Assembly: GCF_000020385.1 (NCBI RefSeq)
Contig: NC_010814.1
Coordinates: 1,560,001 to 1,592,000 of the forward strand
Length of the DNA: 32,000 bases
Origin: Trichlorobacter lovleyi SZ
GTDB taxonomy: Bacteria; Desulfobacterota; Desulfuromonadia; Geobacterales; Pseudopelobacteraceae
Reading direction: 5' to 3'
Below are positions 17,614 to 24,584 of the stretch, piece by piece. The translations under genes were made by a program, and so were the position numbers. A model generated the notes under the pieces. The model made no database searches. It saw nothing but the letters and a program-made list of their open reading frames with translations, and was not told where the DNA came from. Each line of letters opens with the position of its first letter. The stretch's first letter is position 1.

Positions 17614-17917
17614 GCGGTCTCGCACAGAGGCGCAGAGAACATCATGACGCACTGGTGATACAGCATTAACCAATCTGGTGATTCCATCCTTCAAACAGCC
17701 ACGTTTAAATTTATAAATAAACCTAGAAGCTTATGAGCCAACAGTAAATAGGTAAGCAGTTGCCTGGCATGAACCGGCTGCGCCTTTTCAAAGCTTCCTC
17801 GCACAGAGACACAGAGAAAACCTGATTACCTAATGATAATAATGACAAAAAAGAACCTATCATGCTTCTAACATTTTTGACTTTCTCTGTGCAACTCCGC
17901 GCCTCTGTGCGAGACTG
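17614..17917. repeat. REP/MITE-like element: three copies of CTCGCACAGAG(G/A)C(G/A)CAGAGAA, the outer two inverted
   Basis: GTCTCGCACAGAGGCGC at 17617-17633 has a perfect reverse complement at 17899-17915 (19/20 when extended). A third, direct copy CCTCGCACAGAGACACAGAGAAAA lies at 17797-17820. The AT-rich interior has no credible ORF. The right copy starts 5 nt after the wbpA stop. Confidence 0.65.
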
Positions 17918-17920
17918 CCT

Positions 17921-19225
17921 TTACGCTTTTATGATATTCTCTGCCGGTTCCAGGTAAACCCCACGGGTATCGACAATCAAGGCCGCATGTTGTTTGATTA
18001 ATGCATAATCAAACTTGTCATGGTTGGTAGCCACAATAACACAATCATACCCTTTTAGCGATTGTTCGGTTACGTCAACACTGGAGAGCTCAAAGCGGTG
18101 TTCCCGCATCTGGGGAAAGACCGGCACGTGGGGGTCGGCGTAGGAGATAAGCGCGCCTTTATCCCGCAGTTGTTCCATGATCTCAACCGAGGGAGACTCG
18201 CGCATGTCGTCCACATTCTTTTTGTAGGCGATCCCCAGCACCAGCACCTTGCTGCCTTTGATCGATTTGCAGTGGTTGTTGAGCCCTTCAGCTACTTTGG
18301 TTAACACCCATTCCGGCATGGAACTGTTGACTTCGCCGGCCAGTTCGATAAAGCGGGTGTGCAGGCCGTATTCGCGGGCCTTCCAAGTTAAATAGAACGG
18401 GTCAATTGGGATACAGTGACCACCCAGGCCGGGGCCGGGGTAGTAGGCGGTAAACCCGAACGGTTTGGTGGCTGCAGCCCGGATGACTTCATGGATGTCA
18501 ATCCCCATTTTGTCGGCAACGATCTTCATCTCATTAACCAGGCCGATATTGACCGCCCGATGGATGTTTTCCAACAGCTTGGTCATTTCTGCCACACGGG
18601 TGCTGCTGACCGGTACGACCGTGTCGATCACCTGGCCATACAGCGCCAGACCTGCCTGCTGGCAGGCCGTGGTGCAGCCGCCGCAGACCTTGGGAATGGT
18701 GCGGGTGTGGAAGTTGGGGTTGCCCGGGTCTTCCCGCTCTGGTGAATATACCAGAAAAACATCTTTGCCAACCACCAGTCCCCTGGACTCAACACGCGGC
18801 TTGAGCTCTTCATCAGTAGTGCCGGGATAAGTGGTGCTCTCCAGTGAAACCACCTGGCCTGCCCGCAGGTGCGGCACCAGGGCATCGGTGGTGTCGGTAA
18901 CGAAACTGAGGTCGGGCTCGCGGTATTTGTTGAGCGGTGTGGGGACGCAGACGATCAGGGCATCGGCCTCGTTGCTGCGAGAGAAGTCAGTGGTGGCCTC
19001 AAAGCCATTGCTGACCGCTTGAGCAATGGCTGAAGCAGGGATATGCTCGATGTAACTCTCGCCGCGATTGAGCTTCTCAGTTTTAGCTGCGTCAATATCA
19101 AGTCCCAGTACCTTGTAGCCGACTTCTGTATAGCGCAGCATCAGTGGCAGTCCGACGTAGCCCAGGCCGACAATACCGATGGTGGCGGTTTTTTGGGTGA
19201 GTTTTTCCACTAGCGGTGCAAGCAT
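17921..19225 (-). CDS. wbpA: UDP-N-acetyl-D-glucosamine 6-dehydrogenase (nucleotide-sugar dehydrogenase family)
   Basis: 434-aa ORF. N-terminal Rossmann motif [13 protein letters not shown], catalytic-Cys region [11 protein letters not shown], and C-terminal UDP-binding domain. Its size and its neighbours (wbpB/D/E/I) match WbpA/WecC-type enzymes. Confidence 0.85.
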   Translation of the reverse strand: MLAPLVEKLTQKTATIGIVGLGYVGLPLMLRYTEVGYKVLGLDIDAAKTEKLNRGESYIEHIPASAIAQAVSNGFEATTDFSRSNEADALIVCVPTPLNKYREPDLSFVTDTTDALVPHLRAGQVVSLESTTYPGTTDEELKPRVESRGLVVGKDVFLVYSPEREDPGNPNFHTRTIPKVCGGCTTACQQAGLALYGQVIDTVVPVSSTRVAEMTKLLENIHRAVNIGLVNEMKIVADKMGIDIHEVIRAAATKPFGFTAYYPGPGLGGHCIPIDPFYLTWKAREYGLHTRFIELAGEVNSSMPEWVLTKVAEGLNNHCKSIKGSKVLVLGIAYKKNVDDMRESPSVEIMEQLRDKGALISYADPHVPVFPQMREHRFELSSVDVTEQSLKGYDCVIVATNHDKFDYALIKQHAALIVDTRGVYLEPAENIIKA

Positions 19226-19260
19226 TACTCGTTTCCTTCCTGTTGTCCTCTAAAAAACAT

Positions 19261-19386
19261 TTTACGCAACGGCGCGACGACGCAGCGTATAAAAAATGTG
19301 AAGATCAGATCATTACCCGAAAGACGTAGACTGTTTTTTATAAGATTCTGACTTTTATTCATACTTGGCGTCTTTGCGTGAGTAAA
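19261..19386. repeat. Second, more degenerate REP-like inverted-repeat pair in the wbpD-wbpA spacer
   Basis: TTTACGCAACGGCGCGACGACGCAGCG (19261-19287) and CTTGGCGTCTTTGCGTGAGTAAA (19364-19386) are imperfect inverted copies. The reverse complement of the latter, CTCACGCAAAGACGCCAAG, matches the 17.6-17.9 kb repeat consensus at 12 of 19 positions. Same layout: one arm just after a stop codon, an AT-rich centre, then the other arm. Confidence 0.4.
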
Positions 19387-19400
19387 TGCCGTTTTTGGGT

Positions 19401-20045
19401 TTATTTCAGGTCATCATAGCAGACGCTGCCAACCGCTTTTTCTGATGGTAGTGGTGCATCTTCATCGAGGTCCAGGCATTTAAGCAGTCCCGGCTGCACC
19501 TCCTGATAGCAGTAACCGCTTTCTTTGCAGACCATGATGCCATCGGGGCCGGGAGTAAGCGGCAGTCCGTGGCGGCTCATCCAGCCTTTCTGACGGGCAG
19601 GCACTCCAACCATCAGTGCGTAATCGGGAACATCTTTGGCAACCACCGCACCGGCAGCGACAAAGGCATAGCGACCTATGGTGATGCCACACACGATGGT
19701 TGCGTTCGCTCCGATGGAACAGCCCCGCCGCAGCAGGGTTGTCTCATACAGGCTACGCCGCACCACCTGGGAGCGGGGGTTGGTGACATTGGTCAAGACG
19801 CAGGAGGGGCCAAGGAAAACATCGTCTTCAATCACCGTGCCCTCATAGATGGAGACGTTGTTCTGGACCTTGACATTGGAACCGATTACCACACCGGGCG
19901 ATACCACACAGTTCTGGCCAAAGCTGCAGCGTTCACCAATGGTTGCTCCGCTCATAATGTGGCTGAAGTGCCAGATCTTGGTGCCTGCACCAATTTCTGC
20001 ACCTTCGTCGATATAGGATGATTGGTGGGCAAAGAATTCAGACAT
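19401..20045 (-). CDS. wbpD: UDP-2-acetamido-3-amino-2,3-dideoxy-D-glucuronate N-acetyltransferase (hexapeptide family)
   Basis: 214-aa ORF with left-handed beta-helix repeats and the WbpD/WlbB-like blocks KIWHFSHI, VKVQNNVSIYEGTVIEDDVFLGPSCVLTNVTNPRS, IGANATIVCG, VGVPARQKGWMSRHG. Confidence 0.8.
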   Translation of the reverse strand: MSEFFAHQSSYIDEGAEIGAGTKIWHFSHIMSGATIGERCSFGQNCVVSPGVVIGSNVKVQNNVSIYEGTVIEDDVFLGPSCVLTNVTNPRSQVVRRSLYETTLLRRGCSIGANATIVCGITIGRYAFVAAGAVVAKDVPDYALMVGVPARQKGWMSRHGLPLTPGPDGIMVCKESGYCYQEVQPGLLKCLDLDEDAPLPSEKAVGSVCYDDLK

Positions 20046-20048
20046 GGG

Positions 20049-21005
20049 CTACCTCACACTATGCTGGAGAAATGGATGTGAGTCAGAAGATATACCTGAC
20101 GCAGAGACATTGCGGATGGCATGAGCCAGTTCGATGGCCGGACGGGCATCGTCAAGGCCGAAACCGTTGCCTGCCAGGGTGTGTTTATAGACTACTGTGT
20201 GCAGATCAGTAAACCCTTCAGAGAATTCGATCTCCCTGCCATCGACCGTAATCGAGCGGAAGGTGGAGAGGCCGCACTGGGTTGCTGATTCCGGTAGGCT
20301 GCTGCGGTCAATGGAGAGGAACCACTTAACCCGGGCCTGTTCTAACTCAATCACACCACCGGTTTTCAGATTGTCGGTGTAGTGCACCTCGTTACTTTGG
20401 ACCGCGCCAAACAGCCAGATCAGCAGGTCAAAGAAATGGATGCCGATGTTTGTGGCAACGCCGCCGGCCTTTTCCTGATTGCCTTTCCAGGAGTTGAGGT
20501 ACCAGGGACCGCGGGAGGTGATGTAGGTAAGCGTGACTTCGTGTTTGGCTGATGATTGGGGGGCAGCAGCCAGTTCATCATGCAGGGTAACCAGCGAGGG
20601 GTGGACCCGCAATTGCAGGATGGTGTTGACCCGCTTTCCGCTCTCCTGCTCCATTTGTTGCAGGGCATCAAGGTTCCAAGGGTTGAGCACCAGCGGTTTT
20701 TCACAGATGGCATCGGCGCCGGTGCGAAGGGCAAAGCGGATGTGAGCATCATGCAGGTAGTTGGGGGAGCAGATGCTGACGTAATCGATCTGTCTGCCTT
20801 CCCCCTGGCGGCGTAGCTTGTCTGCAAAACGGTCAAAGCGTTCAAATTCGCTAAAGAAGGGGACATCGGGAAAAAAACGGTCCAGAATACCGACAGAATC
20901 GTTGACATCCAGGGCGGCAACCAGCCGGTTGCCGGTTTCTTTAATGGCCTTGAGATGGCGAGGGGCAATGTAGCCGCCAACACCGATTATGGCAAAGTTC
21001 TTCAT
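20049..21005 (-). CDS. wbpB: UDP-N-acetyl-D-glucosaminuronate 3-dehydrogenase (Gfo/Idh/MocA oxidoreductase)
   Basis: Start set at ATG 21005, giving MKNFAIIGVGGYIAPRHLKAIKETGN, near-identical in pattern to the WbpB N-terminus (MKNFALIGAAGYIAPRH...). 318 aa. Follows the wzz-like stop by 2 nt. Confidence 0.8.
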   Translation of the reverse strand: MKNFAIIGVGGYIAPRHLKAIKETGNRLVAALDVNDSVGILDRFFPDVPFFSEFERFDRFADKLRRQGEGRQIDYVSICSPNYLHDAHIRFALRTGADAICEKPLVLNPWNLDALQQMEQESGKRVNTILQLRVHPSLVTLHDELAAAPQSSAKHEVTLTYITSRGPWYLNSWKGNQEKAGGVATNIGIHFFDLLIWLFGAVQSNEVHYTDNLKTGGVIELEQARVKWFLSIDRSSLPESATQCGLSTFRSITVDGREIEFSEGFTDLHTVVYKHTLAGNGFGLDDARPAIELAHAIRNVSASGISSDSHPFLQHSVR

Positions 21006-21007
21006 GC

Positions 21008-22276
21008 TCACGTCCTTTTTCGGGTTACAGCGGTGATCCTGGCTTGTAATGCAGTGAACAAGGAGCTTAGCCAGGGAAAATGCTCTTGCAACGCTAGCAG
21101 ACGTGTACGGTCTTCGGGCCGCATCTGCTCCACAAAGTTGAGTAGAAACGCCAGCAGCACCATCAAGAAGCCGGTGGCAAAAGCGGCCAAGATCACGATC
21201 TGAGCACGTTTGGGCTTGCTTTTGCGCTCCGGAACCTTGGCTTTTTCCAACAGCTGGAATGGGGCAGTGTCCTTGGCCTCAGAGACCTGGGCCATCTCAT
21301 ACTGCTTGGTGAGCATCTCCAGGACTGCTTCCTGGATCTTGAACTCCCTCATCAGGCGCAGATAGTCCTGTCCCAGTTGTGGGACAGCCCCTAGTTGCGG
21401 AATGGCACTGCTGCTGTTTCCCTTGCCCTCTAGGCTGGCAATTTGACCACGCAACTGCGCCACTGCCGCCTTGACACTTTTAACCTCTTGGCTGTTGTCG
21501 GTAAACTGACGCTGCAGGGTGCCTAGTTCTACCTCTTTCACTGCCAGTTGCGCCCGCAGCTGGGCCACCCCTTCAATGGTGGCCTTGGCCTGGTCAGGGA
21601 CTGATATTGATTTATTTTTACTTTGGAATATCTTTAGTTCTTCTTCTGCCTTACTGAGGTCAGCCTTGGTTTCGGTGATCTGCTTTTCAAGGAAACGTCG
21701 GTTGTTGGTGGCACCGGTCATGTTGAGCTGTGCTGACAATTTGCCCAGTTGATCCACATACTCGTTGGCTATGGCTGCGGCTAACTTTGGGTCTTCATCG
21801 CTGAAGCTGACCGTGATGACGCCATCTTTTTTACCCAGGTTGATGGCAGTTGCACCATCAAGGGTTAGATAGACATTACTGCGCAGCTTCGCCTCATATT
21901 TTTCCATCAGTTTGAATTTATCGATGATCGGATCTTTAACGGTTTCGCTCTTAAGCATGGTGACGTAGAGATCTGCGGTGGTCTTACCCCCCAGTGGGCC
22001 GCCGGCCATGGTTACCAGGCCACCGAGCTGGGCCATCAACGCACCCATACCGCTTGAGCTGTCTTCACTGGGGATGATCATGGTCTTGGCAGTATAGATG
22101 TTAGGCATGAAGAGGGTGATGATGGCGGTGATGGCGGCCACCACAAACGGAACACCAATGATCATCCGCCAGCGCTTGGCCAGCACCAGCAGCAGGTCAA
22201 GTAGGTTGATTTCGCCCTCGACAGGGTAAGGCGTAGTATGGATACTTTTTTTGGGGGGGGGATCAGTTTGCGACAT
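21008..22276 (-). CDS. wzz: Polysaccharide co-polymerase / chain-length determinant (Wzz domain + coiled coil + C-terminal TM, no kinase domain)
   Basis: Start set at ATG 22276 (GGAGAGG RBS): MSQTDPPPKKSIHTTPYPVEGEINLLDLLLVLAKRWRMIIGVPFVVAAITAIITLFMP (Wzz motif plus TM1). There is a long coiled-coil centre and a C-terminal segment PERKSKPKRAQIVILAAFATGFLMVLLAFLL (GNVR-like plus TM2). Confidence 0.75.
   Translation of the reverse strand: MSQTDPPPKKSIHTTPYPVEGEINLLDLLLVLAKRWRMIIGVPFVVAAITAIITLFMPNIYTAKTMIIPSEDSSSGMGALMAQLGGLVTMAGGPLGGKTTADLYVTMLKSETVKDPIIDKFKLMEKYEAKLRSNVYLTLDGATAINLGKKDGVITVSFSDEDPKLAAAIANEYVDQLGKLSAQLNMTGATNNRRFLEKQITETKADLSKAEEELKIFQSKNKSISVPDQAKATIEGVAQLRAQLAVKEVELGTLQRQFTDNSQEVKSVKAAVAQLRGQIASLEGKGNSSSAIPQLGAVPQLGQDYLRLMREFKIQEAVLEMLTKQYEMAQVSEAKDTAPFQLLEKAKVPERKSKPKRAQIVILAAFATGFLMVLLAFLLNFVEQMRPEDRTRLLALQEHFPWLSSLFTALQARITAVTRKRT
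22246..22261 (-). repeat. Homopolymeric tract C9 followed by A7 (coding-strand sense) in codons 6-11 of the wzz-like gene
   Basis: The plus strand shows T7 (22246-22252) and G9 (22253-22261). The coding strand reads GAT CCC CCC CCC AAA AAA AGT = D PPP KK S. Confidence 0.95.
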
Positions 22277-22316
22277 TACCTCTCCAACAGGGGGAAGAGT
22301 AGTATATTTGTATATC

Positions 22317-22345
22317 TGTATACTGTATGGATGGTGTTCTGGCAA
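22317..22345 (-). promoter_or_regulatory. Candidate sigma70-type promoter upstream of the wzz-like gene (TTGCCA-N17-TATACA)
   Basis: The minus strand reads TTGCCA (22345-22340), a 17-nt spacer, then TATACA (22322-22317), about 40 nt upstream of ATG 22276. Sequence match only. Confidence 0.25.
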
Positions 22346-22412
22346 GCGGGATGTTTATATGGAAAAATCATCAAATGTTCTCCAGTTTTTCTTCAAAGAA
22401 GCACTGCATCGT

Positions 22413-24242
22413 CTATTCTACCGTCACACTCTTGGCAAGATTACGTGGTTGATCCACGTCGGTACCTTTTAATACGGCAATATGGTAGGCCAACAACTGC
22501 AACGGTACCGACAGCAGGATCGGATCAAGGTCGTCACTGAGCTCAGGCAGTTCCAGCGTTGCCTCGGCCTTATCCTGCACCTCATGGTCACCTTCACTGC
22601 AGAGGGCGATCACCCGGCCGCTTCGTGCGATCACCTCTTCCATGTTGGAGACGGTCTTTTCGTAGGTGCTGTTCTTCGGCACCAGCACCACCACCGGCAC
22701 ATGCTCATCAATCAGGGCGATCGGACCATGCTTCATCTCGCCGGCGGGATACCCTTCCGCGTGGATGTAGGAGATCTCCTTCAGCTTGAGTGCACCTTCC
22801 AAGGCGATCGGGAAGTTCCTGCCCCGTCCCAGGTAGAGAAAATCGCGGGCGTTCATGTACTGGCGGGCGATCTTTTCGGTCTGGCCGTTCAGTTTCAGGG
22901 TCTGTTCCAGCAGTTCCGGCACCTTCTTCAGATCGGCAATCATCTGCTGCCCCTCTGACACACTCAACCGGCCGATGGCCCGGCCAAGACGGATGGTAAA
23001 CAGATAGAGCGCGGTTAACTGGGTCACAAAGGCCTTGGTGGAGGCCACCCCGATCTCAGGACCGGCATGGGTATAGATCACCCCGGCGGCGTCACGGGCA
23101 ATGGAGGAATCCAGCACGTTGCAGATGGCCAGATTCATGGCCCCCAGCTTCTTGGCCTCCCGCAGGGCTGCCAGGGTATCGGCGGTTTCGCCTGATTGGG
23201 AGATGACCATCACCAGCGTTTTCTCATCAATCACCGGACTGCGGTAGCGGAATTCCGAGGCGATATCGATCTCAACCGGGATACGGCAATGCCCCTCGAT
23301 CAGAAACTTGCCGGTCAGGGCAGCATGCCAGGAGGTGCCGCAGGCCACGATGACCATCCGCTGCACGGTCTGCAAAGCAGCGTCAGCGTAGCCCAGGTCC
23401 TCCAAGTAGACATCCCCCTGCTGCTCCTGCAAACGCCCGGCAATCGTATCCCGCACCGCCCGGGGCTGCTCGTGGATCTCCTTCAGCATGAAATGCTTGT
23501 AGCCCCCCTTTTCCGCCATCAGGGGCGACCAGTCGATATGCCGTGCCTTCTTCTCCAGCGGCGCTCCGGCAATGGTGGAGAAACAGGCTGACCGGCCGTT
23601 AAAGACCGCCAGTTCGCCATCCTCCATGAAGACCATCTCACGGGTATGGGCCAGGATGGCAGGGATATCGGAGGCGACAAAAAACTCACCCTGCCCCAGC
23701 CCGACCACCATCGGTGAACCGACCTTGGCCGCAATCAGGGTATCAGGTTGATCCTTGCAGAGGATGCAGACCGCAAAGGCCCCCTGCAGCTCCTGCAGGG
23801 CGGTACGGACCGCGACCTCAAAGGAACCGGCTGTTTTCAGACGTTCCTCCACCAGATGGGCGATCACCTCGGTATCGGTCTGGCTGGAAAATTTGTGTCC
23901 TGCTGCCTGCAGCTGTTCCTTCAGGCCAAGGTAGTTTTCAATAATACCGTTATGTACCACCACAATGGAACCGGCCCGGTGGGGATGGGCGTTGGTCTCG
24001 GAGGGACGGCCATGGGTGGCCCAGCGGGTATGGCCGATGCCGATGGAGCCGGCCAGCGGCTGCTCCCGCAGCAGTTTCTCCAGATTAAGCAACTTGCCTT
24101 CACTGCGACGCACCGCAATACCATCCGGCTGCAGTGTTGCGATACCGGCAGAATCATAGCCGCGGTATTCCAGCTTGCGCAGTCCCTCAAAAATGATCGA
24201 GGTTGCCTCTTGTTCACCGATATAACCAACAATACCACACAT
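22413..24242 (-). CDS. glmS: Glutamine--fructose-6-phosphate aminotransferase (isomerising)
   Basis: 609-aa ORF. N-terminus MCGIVGYIG..., GHTRWATHG, two SIS domains, and the canonical C-terminus ...[15 protein letters not shown]. Confidence 0.95.
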   Translation of the reverse strand: MCGIVGYIGEQEATSIIFEGLRKLEYRGYDSAGIATLQPDGIAVRRSEGKLLNLEKLLREQPLAGSIGIGHTRWATHGRPSETNAHPHRAGSIVVVHNGIIENYLGLKEQLQAAGHKFSSQTDTEVIAHLVEERLKTAGSFEVAVRTALQELQGAFAVCILCKDQPDTLIAAKVGSPMVVGLGQGEFFVASDIPAILAHTREMVFMEDGELAVFNGRSACFSTIAGAPLEKKARHIDWSPLMAEKGGYKHFMLKEIHEQPRAVRDTIAGRLQEQQGDVYLEDLGYADAALQTVQRMVIVACGTSWHAALTGKFLIEGHCRIPVEIDIASEFRYRSPVIDEKTLVMVISQSGETADTLAALREAKKLGAMNLAICNVLDSSIARDAAGVIYTHAGPEIGVASTKAFVTQLTALYLFTIRLGRAIGRLSVSEGQQMIADLKKVPELLEQTLKLNGQTEKIARQYMNARDFLYLGRGRNFPIALEGALKLKEISYIHAEGYPAGEMKHGPIALIDEHVPVVVLVPKNSTYEKTVSNMEEVIARSGRVIALCSEGDHEVQDKAEATLELPELSDDLDPILLSVPLQLLAYHIAVLKGTDVDQPRNLAKSVTVE

Positions 24243-24340
24243 AGAATTAACTGGTATGCTCCTTGTGTTAATAAAATCAAATGTTTGTTTGGTTGTCGCG
24301 GTTTTTTTTTGCTTTATGCTTTTCTTATGGTATTAAGAAT

Positions 24341-24369
24341 TGTATACACTTTGATAACATATATTGCAA
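24341..24369 (-). promoter_or_regulatory. Candidate sigma70-type promoter upstream of glmS (TTGCAA-N17-TATACA)
   Basis: The minus strand reads TTGCAA (24369-24364), a 17-nt spacer, then TATACA (24346-24341), about 100 nt upstream of the glmS ATG. Same -10 hexamer and spacing as the candidate before wzz. Confidence 0.25.
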
Positions 24370-24385
24370 GCTAAATGACTTAACA

Positions 24386-24406
24386 TTTTGTTTTTGTTTT
24401 GTTTTG
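24386..24406. repeat. Pentanucleotide simple-sequence repeat (TTTTG)x4 with one extra T, in the divergent glmS / wbpM-like control region
   Basis: The sequence reads TTTTG TTTTTG TTTTG TTTTG at 24386-24406. A separate T9 run lies at 24302-24310. Confidence 0.9.
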
Positions 24407-24584
24407 TGAGGGTTTGCTGATGGGGTGGAGCTGTTCTTGATACGGCGAAATCTTTGGTTGATTTGTCGCTCTCTTCATCGACGGCAAGGTGCGGGATCAG
24501 AGTCTCTTCTCCTACAATCAGGAACGTCTGGCAAAGGCCAACACCTCCTGTCGTTTCCTGTAATTTTGAAAGGATTTGTCGTAT

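Noticed and set aside
17640-17880. Hidden small gene or gene remnant inside the REP-flanked AT-rich spacer (e.g. a four-helix-bundle-protein relic; minus-strand frame gives ..FEKAQPVHARQLLTYLLLAHKLLG..)
   Set aside because: No start/RBS and frequent stops in all frames. The peptide similarity is too vague to support a call.
17614-17917. CRISPR-like array suggested by the repeated CACAGAG-containing motif
   Set aside because: Only three copies, with irregular spacing (about 160 and 60 nt) and one copy inverted. There are no cas genes. It fits a REP/MITE-like repeat, not a CRISPR array.
18416-20983. Alternative-frame and antisense ORFs inside wbpA, wbpD and wbpB (e.g. 18465-18830, 19569-20021, 20420-20983)
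   Set aside because: They overlap genes with strong family signatures. Their composition (Ala/Arg/Pro/Gly-rich) is that of non-coding frames in GC-rich DNA.
23748-24374. 208-aa plus-strand ORF, with several others at 22482-24159, antisense to glmS
   Set aside because: They lie fully within the strongly supported glmS gene on the opposite strand. They are Arg/Gly/Pro-rich, typical of GC-rich antisense frames, and lack an RBS.
24243-24400. Possible glmS ribozyme/riboswitch in the glmS 5' leader
   Set aside because: The glmS ribozyme is a Gram-positive feature with a conserved pseudoknotted core, which I could not find here. The leader is short, AT-rich and low in structure. Nothing beyond an RBS (AAGGAG) and an A9 run is recognisable.
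24470-24575. GEMM-type (c-di-GMP/cGAMP) riboswitch upstream of the wbpM-like gene, prompted by CGGCAAGGTGCGGG and TGGCAAAGGCC resembling GGCAAACC / ACGCAAAGCC
   Set aside because: Only two short partial matches. I could not build the P1/P2 helices, the GAAA tetraloop or its receptor by hand. An Infernal scan is needed before any claim.
24243-24584. RfaH-dependent ops/JUMPstart element (GGCGGTAG) in the leader of either operon
   Set aside because: I searched the divergent region by eye on both strands and found no GGCGGTAG or a close variant.
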